From Trichosphaerium sp. ATCC 40318 (taxonomy: Eukaryota > Protista > Tubulinea), in assembly GCA_038496445.1 (NCBI GenBank), contig JALMLS010000416.1:80167-144166 (forward strand): 64,000 nt of DNA. Reading direction: 5' to 3'. Both the position numbers and the translations under genes were made by a program. Shown one piece after another: positions 27,178-41,119 of this stretch (position 1 is its first letter; each line of letters begins with the position of its first letter). The notes beneath the pieces were generated by a model that was not told the origin of the DNA, searched no databases, and worked only from the letters and a program-made list of their open reading frames with translations.

Positions 27178-29216
27178 TTAACCAAGAGGTGGTATTGAGG
27201 TACAGCTATCCTTACAAGCGCACAAACTATCATCACATCTTGCAAATGGAAGTACATCAGGTACAACAGCCACTTCAGAGGTCTGAACAAACTCAGTTCC
27301 ATCAACCGTGAAGTGCAATTCAAGAAAAGCAGCTCTGAATCCTACAAATTACTGTTAACAAAGCAGGTGTAGGTACGAAGATCCTTACCAGTGTCAGGAG
27401 TGTCAGGAACACCCCTATAAATTTGACCGCTAGGTGTCAGGGGGAGAATTGTTGTCGACGTCCAAGGAATTCCTTCTGGGAAGCCTCGAAATACGCGTGC
27501 GTTTTCGTTGTATGCTGTCCACATGAGTACTTTCTAATAAAGTTTTAGGACGTTGTTGTCATGTTGTAATAATGAAAACACTTGCCGTTGGTACTACTGA
27601 AGAGACAGCGTAAATTCTACCAGTACGTCTCTTTATCCACGAAACGACTTTAGGTATTTTAATATTATTTATCAAAGCGTTATACCACGTGACAATGCTT
27701 CCACTAATAGAAACGTGAGTTGATGTTTTTTAGATTGGTACGTACATTGCAAGAGTTGGTGCTGTGCCGTGGCGAGAATTAGGTACATATCTCAAAGACT
27801 TTGGTCCACGTAATCTGCTGTAGTAAAACTGGCTGCTTGTTGGCAAAAAAAACCTGTAATAAAACGACGTGAGAACACGGACTTCTAGGATTCTCTAAGG
27901 TTTTTTTAAAACTTACTCATCTCCAGCTGCATTAACAATATATTTTGGTAGTGTGAACCTGTTTTTATAACTGAAAGGATCAACTATATCCATCAACCTT
28001 TGATTCTTGAAAAAAACAATTTAGAAAGTAGCAAAAAACAAAGCTATCACGTGCTTCTCTGGTGTTTAGAAATCCGTTGTATCCAATAGCAGCGTAGTCA
28101 AAAATAGCAAGGCTGAAAAATCCATACGACTATTTATAGACCATTAAAAAAAAAATCACGTGATTATTTAACGTACCCTGAAGTGATGATTTAGTGACGG
28201 AATTAAGTTCAACACGTCAATTACAATAGGAACAATACCAATAACTCTTTGGTCAATTGCAGTTAGCCACGTGGTCCTATAGATGTTAATTTGTGTTTCC
28301 TGACAGTGTGATATCTACCATCCACGTTTAGATTCTCCAATGACAACAAAGTCGTCAATTTGCGCTGTTGTTCTTCCATTGGCTGCTTCCTCGGCAATGA
28401 ACTCTTGAACGGCATCCATCGCTTTCACAGCTGCTTTAACCATTGGTAGCCTTGCAATCTAGGTATTGCATTAATAACACATATCAAGAATGTACGCACA
28501 ATAGAAGAATCAAAGTTGTGCACGTATTCCCACCAAGTGTAAGCGATCAATTCATCTACAAATACTTTAATTTCGTAATATTATTTCTACTAGGGCTGTA
28601 CCTTCTTCTCGTTCGAAGCCTGGAACAGGGTCATCTCTGAAAGATATTTTTTGGTTCGGTACTTGGTAGAGACCAACATACACTGAGTTCAAAGCGAGAA
28701 TAGGCTCAAAAATACCCAAACCAGGTATGCTAGGAAAGTTGTGTCAGCGGACAATCAGCACCAAAGGATAAAAGTCATACGATGTTGGCGGTGTGCCTAG
28801 TGGGTTGGAACCTCCTTCAATATTAAGCATGGCAGTACTATAGTCGACTGTATCAGGGATAGCGCTGAATAAAAGTTTGTCAAAAGAGAAAGAAGCGAAA
28901 GATACAGAAACTCATCTTTTCCACATTACGTTAGACTTACACTACTAGCCAATGCTCCCAGACTGGAACTGATACACGAGGGCTAGAGAGCCATGTTTGA
29001 GAAGTTAACTTGAGTACATTCGCAGTATAGCCAACTCCATTGAAAGATGAAACACGCTCCCACTTGTATCTGTAAATGCCGTAGTGTTAAAAGCGTAATT
29101 CGTGCCTAACATTTATCGTACGTAGCGTCAGGAGCGTTTACATACGCATCCAAGGCAGTGAATGTTCCTAGAGCTACTGATAACGTAATAAAGATGAGAA
29201 ACAGGTGCTGTCTCAT
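27178..29216 (-). CDS. PqaA/AprA-like (PhoPQ-activated pathogenicity-related) secreted alpha/beta hydrolase
   Basis: ALDAYVNAPDATYKW, LTSQTW, ARLPMVKAAVKAMDAVQ, FVVIGESKRGW, IVDPFSYKNRFTLPKYIVNAAGDE. Confidence 0.88.
28006..28054 (-). other. GC-AG intron (donor GCACGTGATA, AAG acceptor)
   Basis: Splicing restores GFLNTRE|NQRLMDIVDPFSY, a conserved PqaA segment. Confidence 0.8.
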
Positions 29217-29729
29217 GTGTGTTTGGAAGTTTTGAAAATATCTCCAAATTTTGGCTGTCGACGATTAGTGAAACGTGGTTTTTATCGAGAAATTTTGTGA
29301 TTCACAAAAACTTGAATGAATCAAAATATTGCTGTTTTAATAAATAAGGATTGTACGTACACCGACATTAAATTTTTAACGTGAAGTTATGAGTCGTAGT
29401 CACTACATTTCGCGAAACTTGGCAACACGTGTTTTTTTCGTCAGCCGCTTGTAACTCGTGAATGTCGGAGAAAGTACCACCTCACTCGACAGTGGAGTGT
29501 ATGCGCTTTTGGCATAGCTGTTTATAAATGCGACATGAATAGTGTAATTACCTCACGGTTTGGGAGCACGTGATCTTGCGACACTTGTTTCTGGCTTGCC
29601 CAATTGACAAAGTTTACAACCTTGACAGGAGTTGCTTATCTCTTTTTTCAAATAGAGTTGCTTATCAACTAGCTTTAATACTAACTGGGCAAACAATAAA
29701 TCAAAACGAAACTATTTATTGGTGTTATC

Positions 29730-31964
29730 TTAGTGTTCACACAAAGAAAAAGATCTTTCCCATTTTTCGTTTTCTGAGTTTACGTGATATTTACGTTCAT
29801 CCATCAATGCCAATCTATGACCGCAAGCGTCTTCCCAAGTCATTCCAGACTGTGCATAGCTAACAATCATCTGTATCAGCTCAGGAGGAATTTTTTTACC
29901 TACAAACGTTTCAGCTATTGAATAAGCAAAATGTTAAATAAGAGTTCTGACCTAGTCTGTTGAATACAAGCATGAGAGTAAATGTAAGTCTTCTTGATCT
30001 CACGCCCCACTGTTGCTCGGGTACTTCTTTTGTTGATAGTATTGGTACATCTGGGTTGACAATAAAGAAACAAAGAATTTTTCTGGATTGCATCATATTT
30101 GAGATGTTGTGAAGCGATACAACTTGGTGCTGTAAATCGTTTGGAAACACAATCAACCTTCCTAATAGTTCTTAGTTGTTAATACAGCATATAAACGACA
30201 AAAACCCTTGAATGTGTGGCCGACAACACGTGTTTTGTTATAAAAGAAGATTCAAAAAAGAACATATGCAAGTCTTTTTTTCAAATACCGTGGTTTGTTT
30301 CTACAGATCCAAGGATTTTATGGTTTGTCCACTCGCGTCCTCCATCTGGTTCATCAGGTGCTGGAAACTTGTCAAAAACATCCCCTCTTTCATCATCCTC
30401 ACGCCAACGTCTGAAACAAAGACCAGAATCATTAATTCCTATGTAGCTGAGTAAGTAACAAAAAAGGTATGGACAAAAATAACCATCTTACCTGGAGCAA
30501 CAGAGTAGTAGAATATTGCTGATGCTACGATTTGTTCATGAAACATACCCTCAACATGCCTTTTTCTTTGTCAAAAAAAAAAAAACAAAGGAAAAAAGTT
30601 CTGAGAAATAAAATGGTCGAAGTTCAGTCAACTCTCCACCACCCAGTCCGTGAAAACAAACAATGATAAATGAGTATTGAGTGAAATCAAGGAATTGGTA
30701 AAGATTTGAAACAACGGCTTAAAAAACCTACCATGAGCCTTGATATACCTACAAAAATACTTGTCAGCACATGTCAATGTTGAAGGCAAACGCACATCTC
30801 CTGGTTTAAGTGTGTAGTTTGCTGCTTTTACTATCACTTGAACATTTCTTCCTGTTAATTCATACTCTGGAACATGAGGCACAACTTTATCGAATACTTG
30901 CTCAAGTGTTTTGTAAAATGGCTCATTTGTGTATCTATCAACATTGTTGACATATCCTTCTATTGAACTTTTACCGTTTTTATCTATGTTAAAATTCGTA
31001 GGTAGCCATTGGTACTTTGATGTATCTTGCTGCTTTTTCTCTTTTGAATGGTGAAAGTAACTAATAGGTAAATTAGATAATGCAACCTATACAACCAAAA
31101 CAATGTATCCAACAAAACAAAATCTAACAACTTTCATAAAAATCAAGTTTTTCGTTTTGAACCTTATGATCCTCAACGCAGAACAAATGGTCCCTCAGTG
31201 CAGAACGTAATGATTAAAATTAATTGATTTTTTAATATGAAATAGAGTTCGATGAAGTCGCTCAGCTACATTTGTAGTGGCATACGAGAATAAAAGACTT
31301 TGAAGTAAAACAATAACAACAGGAAAAATATTTCATCGTACTTATATTCCTCAGGGTCTTCGTATTCTCTTTTTGGGCGCTCTCCAAATCTCTTCAAATC
31401 CAATAGCTTCTTATCAGTTCCAGGTAATACCTCAGAAATACCGGCAATGTAAGGAAACATAGAAGGATGAATGATATCCTGAACCATCTCATTTGTGTTT
31501 GGATGAAAGTCAGGTTTACCTTTAAAAAGCACGATTAGTATTTGCTTGAACGGTCATCTTGTAGTTAACAAAAAAATCTTAGGAAAAAGGCCTTTACCTG
31601 TCTGCGCAAGCTCATCTAATTGCGACTCGACCTTTGCTCTTAGATCTTCTGGTATCAAATCATCTGATACAAATACTCTTTCATTGTGTAATTGTTGAGG
31701 TGTCACAAAATGGGATTGGTTGATTTCTTGGACTAGTTCCTCGAAAGCTTGTAAAAGGATGTTTGTTTTGACTCCTTGAGCAGCTAGTTCGTCAAAGTAG
31801 CGACTACGAATCTCATAATCCAACATCTTTGTTCTCCAAAGCAATTTTTGTTGTATTACCTTTTTAACAGCGTCTATGCTGTTGAGATCAGTTTTTGGGC
31901 GTTTCGCGTCTTGTTCATAGCTATCATCAGTGTCAGCACTACGTTTACGCTTAGGAGGCATCAT
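29730..31964 (-). CDS. DUF4246-family protein (predicted 2OG-Fe(II) oxygenase fold), copy A
   Basis: DFHPNTNEMVQDIIHPSMFP, SKYQWLP, QVIVKAANYTLKPG, GSWHVEGM, GRLIVFPNDLQH, RKILCFFIVNP. Confidence 0.85.
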
Positions 31965-32249
31965 ATAGTTATATAGGCGTAGTGGAGCGGGTGGGCGCGT
32001 GTTAAAATAACTTGTAAGAATACCCTAAAGAAAGTTCCAGTGAATGTCTTGAAAAATCACAAAAATCACGTGCTTGCTACTAATCGGAAGTTACCCATTG
32101 AAAGTAGCTTGATGCTCCATTTAAATGGCAGCAAACAAAAATCTCGCGTGGTGAGTTTTGATCACAAAGTACACAAAAACGACTCAGTGAAAAGTAAACG
32201 AGGGTAATGTCAGCTCACCGTGCTTATTAAAGCTAGCAATTAGAAAGTT

Positions 32250-33010
32250 TCGCTCCTTGTTAGTACTACCACAATGTGACTATTGCTTGATAATGTTGGC
32301 CTTCGTGTATTGGCGATAACAAATTTTTCAATGTCAGATCACCACCATTTTCTTGGCAGGAAATATCGCAATATTAGGCACTGTACTAGGTAAGTTCAAG
32401 CCATAGAAGTCTTCAATGAGCTAAAATCGAATTAACAAAGCTGTTGAAATACCACCAAACACTGTATGAATCCTCAACCACAAGCGCTGATTAGTAGCTT
32501 ATGAAAACTCATTGGATGTAACACAGGATAAATAGGAGTAGTATGTGAAAGTTATGCTATTATGTGCATAAGTTATAGGTCAATACATTACATCTCGGAC
32601 TCTCACGGATCCCGCTGATGATGAGTAATATGAATGCCTGTTTGTTTCTGAAGAAATTTTGGTTAGTGTTAGATCCCTATCATTCATTGGCTCCTACAAA
32701 CAACATCAAATGAAGAAGAACCTATCTCTAGGCTTGAACGCTTGGTCGCGAAGCCTGAGACCCTTTGTTTTATTACAAGTTGCAGACACAACAAAACAAT
32801 CACCGAAAAACCAAAGACTTTTCCGAGTACACAATTGCCGTTGTTACACCTTCCAGGTTGTTGAATTTACACGTAAGTCGCAAACCTCCCTTAGTCTCAA
32901 ACGGCCATAAAAACTGGTTTGTACAGCCGCAACAATATTTTACTAGATCTTTGCTGGCGCAACAACCTGTACAGGCAATACCATTGTCAAATAATCAAAA
33001 AGATTACTTT
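32250..33010 (-). pseudogene. Probable degenerate coding remnant
   Basis: Short coding-like frames (e.g. FDNGIACTGCCASKDLVKYCCGC) are broken by stops and frameshifts. No family recognised. Confidence 0.3.
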
Positions 33011-33276
33011 TCTTGCTGATTCTCTCAATATTTTGTTTTTAATCACATGTGATAACATGTTGTACACAATTATTAACCTAGCGTTGGTGCGCCTTTAGCA
33101 GTACTCTTTTATCCGACTCGCCAGTTGGCAGATCAAGTTATGAATCACTCGGCGAGCTACTCTAAGTATCTCAAAAATAAATTTTGTTGGTAGCCCTCTG
33201 ATAGTATGTCAGCAGATAGCCAACGAGGAATCTAAAATGTAAGGTTTATTTGGACAATACAGGAAGTTCACAGTAT

Positions 33277-33786
33277 TTACACCCATCCGAGTTGCTTGGA
33301 GCTAAAATGGTCGTTCCATACTTTGGTCACATGATAAATCTTACCATCTTTGTTGGTATGCATAATATGTACAAAGTCAGTCTCACACGTCTTGCCAGTA
33401 GCTGGTTGAGGTCCTCCAGTTCCTTTATGAGTACCATAGAATCTTCCAGATCCCATATAGATGTTGTCAGCTCCAGAAAATGAATACGCTTTGTACGAGG
33501 ACCCAGGGAAGGTATCGATGCATCTCTCTAAAACAAGTGGTTAGACATTGAACAAGATTTTCAACTAATCACGTGACAAAACTTTATTTCAAAACATACC
33601 TTTCAACCATTCAGCGTATGCTTTTACTGTTTTGAGATCTTTGAGAGCCTCAGTTTGAGCTTCAAATGTTGCATCAGGCGTTATGTACTTCTTGACACCT
33701 TCAAATCCTTTGCCAGTTTCAATAGCATCAAAAAACTGTTTGATATCTTCCATCTTTGTGTTGCTTGTGTTGTTGTTGCTTGTCAT
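33277..33786 (-). CDS. SnoaL-like/ester cyclase (NTF2-fold) protein, bacterial type, 2 exons
   Basis: Spliced product: FFDAIETGKG..TPDATFEAQTEAL..AYAEWLK..FYGTHKGTGGPQPATGK..TDFVHIM..KIYHVTKVWND..QLGWV*. Confidence 0.88.
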
Positions 33787-34350
33787 GTTTCTACTGTCTT
33801 GTTTTGTTTTGTACTAATCTATCTATTTAAGGCATAGGAGGTGCGAATTCGTTGTATTCCGTGTGACTAGAATGGACAAAAGGTACGAATTCATATTGTG
33901 TGTCACGTCAGGGTTCCATCTCACTCCTGGCAGAGTGTGCTAACCCCTTATGGCATTAATGGTTTCTAAATGCTACGATTATGTTGCGATACTTCCGCTT
34001 TCCGCACAATCCTCCGCATACGCTATGATTCGTCATAAATCACAACCTTGGTTCTCTGAAGACGGCTAACGCTAGAGCTAAAAGCAGTATCGTACGTTTA
34101 GATTGTGCCTTCAGCTCAAAAAGAGTTTGAAAAATAAATACAGTTTGTAGCACTAGTAAATATTAAAAACAAACAAAGTCATAAAATAGCATTCATCTCG
34201 GATCCCGTTTCTTCATGTTACAAGTAGTTGTAAGGTTTAATATTAAGACTGGTGACATAGAAATACAGCACATTCCAGCCTCACTTTTTTAGAAAGTGAT
34301 AGTACAATTGGTGACAAACAATATTCAAAAACAGCTATTTTATTGTTATC

Positions 34351-36633
34351 TTAGTGTTCACACAAAGAAAAAGATCTCTCCCATTTCTGGTTTTCTGAGT
34401 TTACGTGATATTTGCGTTCATCCATCAATGCCAATCTATGACCACAAGCTTCGTCCCAAGTCATTCCAGACTGCGCATAGCTAACGATCATCTGTATCAG
34501 CTCAGGAGGAATTTGTTTACCTACAAACGTTTCAGTTCAAAAAGGGACGGTTAAAGTTCTGACCTAGTCTGTTGAATACAAGCATGAGAGTAAATGTAAG
34601 TCTTCTTGATCTTACGCCCCATTGTTGCTCGGGCACTTCTTTTGTTGATAGTATTGGTACATCTGGGTTGACAATAAAGAAACAAAGAATTTTTCTGGAT
34701 TGCATCATGTTTGAGATGTTGTGAAGGGATACAACTTGGTGCTGTAAATCGTTTGGGAACACAATCAACCTTCCTAATAGTTCTTAGTTGTTAACGCAGT
34801 ATATAATCGACAAAAAACCTTGAAATGTGTGGCCGACAAGTTTTGGTATAAAAGAAGATTCAAAAAAAGAACAAATGCAAGTGTTTTTTCAAATACCGTG
34901 GTTTGTTTCTACAGATCCAAGGATTACGTTGTTTGTCCACTCGCGTCCTCCATCTTCTCCATCAGGTGCTGGATAATTACCTTCAACATCTCCTCTTTCA
35001 TCACCCTCACGCCAACGTCTGAAGCAAAGACCAGAATCATTAATTCCTATGTAGCTGGGTAAGTAACAAAAAAGGTATAGACAAAAATAACCATCTTACC
35101 TGGAGCAACAGAGTAGTAGAATATTGCTGATGCTACGATTTGTTCATGAAACATACCCTCAACATGCCTTTTTCTTTGTCAAAAAAAAAAAAAGGAAAAA
35201 AGTTCTGAGAAATAAAATGGTCGAAGTTCAGTCTGCCTGCGAGTAGATTGCTTGCAAATTAACGAATATGATGATAATAAATGAGTGTTGTGCGAAATCA
35301 AGGAATTGGTAAAGATTTGAAGCAACATTTAAAAAACCTACCATGAGCCTTGATACACCTAAAAAAATACTTATCAGCACATGTCAATGTTGAAGGCAAA
35401 CGCACATCTCCTGGTTTAAGTGTGTAGTTTGCTGCTTTTACTATCACTTGAACATTTCTTCCTGTTAATTCGTACTCTGGAACATGAGGCACAACTTTAT
35501 CAAATACTTGCTCAAGTGTTTTGTAAAATGGCTCATTTGTGTATCTATCGACATTGTTGACATATCCTTCAATTGAACTTTTACCATTTTTATCTACTTT
35601 AAAATTCGTAGGTAGCCATTGGTACTTTGATGTATCTTGCTGCTTTTTATTTCTTGAATGGTAGTAACTAATAGTAAATTAGACAACGTAAAGACAACAA
35701 AGACTTCAAAAAAAAAGGAAAAAAAATAAAACTAGTTTTTTGTGTGGTAACAAATGATCCCCGCAGTGCTCCTCGGGGCAGACGTAATGATTAAAATTAA
35801 TGGTTTTATATGAAACAGAGTTAGATAAAGCCAATCAGTTATATTACATTTGAAGTGACATACGAAAATAAGACTTTTAAGTCAAATGCAAAATCAACAG
35901 AAAAAAAACCGATAAACCAGTCGTACTAATTGGTTTCTTCGTATGGTCTTTTTGGGCGCTCTCCAAATCTCTTCAAATCCAATAGCTTCTTATCAGTCTC
36001 AGGTAATACCTCAGAAATACCGGCAATGTAAGGAAACATAGAAGGATGAATGATATCCTGAACCATCTCATTTGTGTTTGGATGAAAGTCAGGTTTACCT
36101 TGTAAAACACGATTAGTATTTGCTTGAAACCAAAGCTAGTAGTCAACAAAAATAGCTTGCATTCTTTCACAACAAAGTCTACAATGGCACATAGCAAATC
36201 AAGTGTTCGAAGACATAAGAAAGTCATTGTTAAGCCGAAAAAAAAAACTTTTGAAGGAAAACGGGTTACCTGTCTGTGCAAGCTCATCTAATTGCGATTC
36301 GACCTTTGCTCTTAGATCTTCTGGTATCAGATCATCTGATACAAATACTCGCTCGTAGCGTAATTGTTGAGGCGTCACAAAATGGGATTGGTTGATTTCT
36401 TGGACCAGTTCCTCGAAAGCTTGTAAAAGGATGTTTGATTTGACTCCTTGAGCAGCTAGTTCGTCAAAGTAACGACCACGAATCTCATAATCCAACACCT
36501 TTGTTCTCCAAAGCAATTTTTGTTGTATTACCTTTTTAACAGCGTCTACGCTGTTGAGATCCGTTTTTGGGCGTTTCGCGTCTTGTTTAGAGCTATCATC
36601 TGTTTCAGCACTACGTTTACGCTTAGGAGGCAT
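34351..36633 (-). CDS. DUF4246-family protein, copy B (tandem paralog)
   Basis: Near-identical exons and the same intron positions as 29730-31964. Confidence 0.85.
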
Positions 36634-36674
36634 TGTATAGTTAATCAGCGTGGTGGAGCGGGTGTGGGCGCTTG

Positions 36675-37794
36675 TTAAAATAACTTGTAACATACCTTAA
36701 CGAACTCAAGTACTGAGGGGTTGTCATCATGGTGGAGTGTAGGATTACTGTAACCAACGTTACGGTTTAGCGTCTTACTAGAAATCGTTTTCTTGGCAAC
36801 TTGCAAAAACCGTTGTGGAAGTGGACGTTTTAACTCTTTCCAACGTGAGTGGAAGCCAGTAGTCTGTTTTGTAACTGTAGTGGACAACCTTGTAAGGCAA
36901 CAAGAGCGCCTGAACAAAGAGATTTGTCCAAACTGGTGCGACAGAAACGACTTCAGTTTTTCGACTTTTGAAAACAAATGTAACATCACGGTTGTACTTA
37001 AAACTAAATAATTATACAAGTGCTTTGTTTTTAGAACATTGTAGCAGGTTCATTCACAGGATCTTGAGTTCGACATCATTTTTTTTCGTGGCACGTGTTT
37101 GTTTTTTGAAATTTTTTTCTCTTTGTCAAGCTGTTTCGTTTTATACAATTGCTTGATCTTGGTCATACAATAGTGCCCTTCGTTCTTCATCTGTTTTAGG
37201 CTTGTAGCATATACAACAGCAAAGAACGCACCAAGTGATTATAGAGATTTCAATTATAACAGAAACAATACCAGCAATAATAGCAATGATTGTCCAATCA
37301 GTTATTGGCTCTAAAAAGAAAAATTACGTTGTTGAACGTCATTCTCGTCTCAAGGCTTACCGAGTATCTCTGCAGTAGGTGAAAACGTTGGATATTGCGT
37401 AGGAGCCTGTGTTGTAGGTACGTGAGGTGCTTGTGGAGGGAATGTTGAGTTTGTTGTTGGCGCAGTCCCTGCAAGGTACTGAGCTTGTAAAATATCACGT
37501 TTTTGGTACCGTTTCCCAAGTGTGCTGCACAAATATGCGTTAAAAACAATACCACGTATACCAGGTAAAAGGATGCAGCGTTTATATACATTACTAACAT
37601 TCAGGACTAATGACTGATGGTTGACAAACGGAACGATCTTTTTGAATTTTTCACAAACATCAGATCTCATTGAGCTCGCTAAACACGCTAACAATGACAA
37701 ACGAGATTCATGTTCGCGAATACGTCATATTCTATCAAGCAATGAAACAAAGCGAAGCTGAAATGAAAAACAACGCCACCAGAAAAAACAACAT
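36675..37794 (-). CDS. Single-pass membrane protein with Pro/Thr-rich stalk and Cys-rich juxtamembrane segment
   Basis: TQAPTQYPTFSPT stalk and TM WTIIAIIAGIVSVIIEISIITWCVLCCCIC. The signal-like start MLFFLVALFF hits a stop, so the 5' structure is uncertain. Confidence 0.5.
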
Positions 37795-37963
37795 TTTTTC
37801 ACGCGCTAAAAAAACCTACGTTTACAAGTGAGTGTTGCAACTATTTCAGTTTTTATTAAGAACACCAATAGTCACCAAGGTGTTATTGCAGTGGGCTTAG
37901 GGAAGGTTAAAAATCAAATACAAGGCAAGTTTTTTATTTGTACTTTTTTTTGACATGTTATTG

Positions 37964-40900
37964 TTAGAAGCCTATGTTTGCTTTGTATACTCTCTTCCCT
38001 TTCCATTTTTCTCTAATATCTGTATCGTATCTTTCAGATACTTGAATCAACTCACTTGTCATTTCATCTCTCATACTATCTTCAATATCATGACACGAAT
38101 AAACGCCAACATTTACATCCTACAAGAAAAAAATCAGAAAAAAAAACTTCACAACGATGTGTAAAACACTCCGTTTGGATAAAATCCGCCTCTCATACCT
38201 CTGCATTTTTGCTGATATCATAAAGGAAGTATCCAAGATTTTCAGATACATTCATACGTGTCATTAAATTGACACCTTTAACAATAGGTTGAACTTTTTG
38301 ACCTAAATAAAGAAGTTAACATTGTAGGTATGGCTTAATTGTTACTAGGTGTTGATTAGTACCTTGAAGTTCTTTAAGGGGTACAGATCGACCTCCATTG
38401 TTGTAAAAGTCTTTTGGGAGGATTCTACCAACAACAGAAACATCAGGTGTGAACATTTGAGGAAACGCTGGTGATAGTACAAAACATTGCTTTTCTGAAG
38501 CTCTAAAATATGTAGTAAGCATCAAACCATGTGATATGCTACAACAAATATCTGACAAGCAAATGTGGGTATAATAGTTTGAAGAAAAGAACACAGTGAT
38601 CATTGTGTTTGAACACTGAAAAGTTTGCGTATTCTTTCACTTTTTAACCCAAGAATATTTTAGCTTACCTTTGCCGTACTAGGCATTTATAGCGACCAAA
38701 GTAGTTATCAAACAAATCATATGAACTCTTATAATTCTTTGATGTTTGAAAATAAGGTTCCAAACCTCGTAGCATAATAGACTCTGTCAATTGACCTACT
38801 TTTGTCTAAACAAAAAAATAAGAACAAGAAGAGAAAATAAAGATGACAAGTTCCAAGCTCTCTTGAGCTCATCTTGTCTCAGATACGCTTTAAAAGATAA
38901 AATACTATTCCAAGTATACCAATCACTAGATTAAACAGACGTACCTTTGTAACAAATGGATAGAGGCTCGATATTAAGTCAGATTCTGGTAGTGCTTTGT
39001 TATTTTTATTCAAAGCTTGTTCCAAACTCTCTTCTTCTCCCATTGGGAATGGAAATCCTACATCTAGAGCACCTATATTATGGCTTTCTCCAATAGATCC
39101 CAATTGTTGTAAAAGTCTATGCATTGGTGTAGCATTTTTGTCAAGTCTGAAAAAAAGCATTGTTAGTTCCATTAAACAAAAATGTAACTGCTAGCAGGTA
39201 CAAACTTGCCTGAACGGAAGTGTTGCATTATCAATAGCTGCACTGATAACAGCACTAGAATGGTAGGAAGACGAAAGCTATAAAAAGAGGTGTTAATACA
39301 GAACTCATGTGTTTTAAATTTTCGAAGAAAAAAGCGTACTGATGCAAGGTAAGGAAATGTTTCTTCTGTTAAATGATAGTTACTGACAGGAACAATAAAA
39401 GTTGCAAAATCCCGTAGAGCTAAGAATTGATTAGATACTTGAAGATTCTTGAGAAAGAATAAGGTAAAAGCGTACAATGAAGACAGAGTCCTGTGTTTAG
39501 ATAGTAAGATTCTAGTTGTTTCGCTGTTTCTTTCTTTTCATGGTAAGCCCACAAAAGAACAGGTGTGTTACCATACTCTTTGCGTATCTCTTCTAAGAAT
39601 ACTATACAATTCATGTTAAATTATTAAAAGATAGTGACATAGATAGCAAAGACAACAAGAATTCCTTTATGAGGTTGTTTTTTTTATTTGATTAAAAAGT
39701 TTGAGACTCAACTCCTTCGTTAGTCTTAGCTTACCGGAAGTGACACCTCCCCAACCATTATGTATATCAGCAAATAATTGTATGCCTTGCATATGATCAC
39801 ATTCTTCGGCAAAGTAACGAACCCTATCGATCATCTCATCCAACTAGTAGCAATTTCAACTTAATCGTCTAGTATTTGAAAACAGCTCAATTGATGGGTT
39901 GCGTACTTGATCAACGTCCTTTGTTATTTCGTGACCTTGTTGCCAAAAATCAAAGTCATCGCCATAACGAACACCGTTCATAGCATACAAAGACTTTGGA
40001 TGATACTCTGTATTTACATAATCGCTCCAATGCTTAACAGTATTTTCTGATAGTCCAAAATCGTATGCTGTATTTGTTCCAGTTTTATTGGACTATATAT
40101 GACTGTTAAGCACTATGAAATAACACACAATTATGCGCTAATATAAAAGGACAACATAATAAGCTTTTGATTTCTTGTAACCCAGCTGGGCGAAGAAAAA
40201 AAAACTACAAAAAAAAAATGGAAAAAAATAAGAAAAAAATAAAGACTGGAGAAAGGTTGTCGTTGAAGCCTCTTACCACAATTTTATAATACATCTCAAG
40301 TTCTTGTTCAATATCATCAATATCATATTGAGCATCCATTAACCTTAATCGTTCGGCACCTATAAAATTAAATCAATAAAAAACAAATAACAATTTTTGT
40401 TCAGTAACTCCATACCAGTCACAGCATCTTTTGATAAGTTTGCTACTTCTGTTTTCAATTGTTGCAATTTCTTCTTCTTAGCATCAACTTGTGACGGTAA
40501 TTGTTGTCCAAAAGCACGTGCTTGTACTACTGCACTCTCCTACAAAGCACGATAAGCGACGAAAACGAGGTTGGAAATAAATTAAGAAAAAATCATTCTA
40601 GGCCTTTCCAAAAAGCATCTAGCTCAAGCGTACTAGTTGAATAAGTCTTCTGACGCGCTGATAAACGCTTGAGGAACCACCTTGGTCAATACGCGTTGAT
40701 CTACCTTGCCTGAAGGATTGTTAAAAGGCTAATACTGTTACGTAGGACTAAAACGAGTGGTTTTAAGGTGGTGAAACGTATTGACATACCATGTTGCTGA
40801 ACTGGCTTGTTGAGGTACTCCTGTCTCTCCACTTTTATTTACAGAGCGAAATCCGCCTGTTGATTCGAAAATAACGGATCTAGGAAGAAACTACAATAAT

Positions 40901-41119
40901 TTGTAAATAAACGATAGAATAGTTATTCCATACGCGTCCTTTACGCTCTACGAACAAAGAACGTTTATTAAAGTCCGCATTCTTGTACTCTAAAAGCGCT
41001 GCCTACAATACCAAGTTAATCAACGCGTAATGGCCATCAATAGCGCTTACCTGAGTATTCCAGTAGTGCGTTGCTATATTATTTGAGTTAGGACCTATCT
41101 GTACTGTAATAATCTCCAT
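37964..41119 (-). CDS. MSTO1: Misato/DML1 tubulin-FtsZ-like protein
   Basis: MEIITVQIGPNSNNIATHYWNTQ, LPRSVIFESTGGF, VKHWSDY..YHPKS, RYFAEECDHMQGIQLFAD..GWGG. Confidence 0.9.

Noticed and set aside
19892-41119. HAUS3 and Misato as a spindle gene cluster
   Set aside because: They are 15 kb apart with unrelated genes between them; nothing supports this beyond coincidence.
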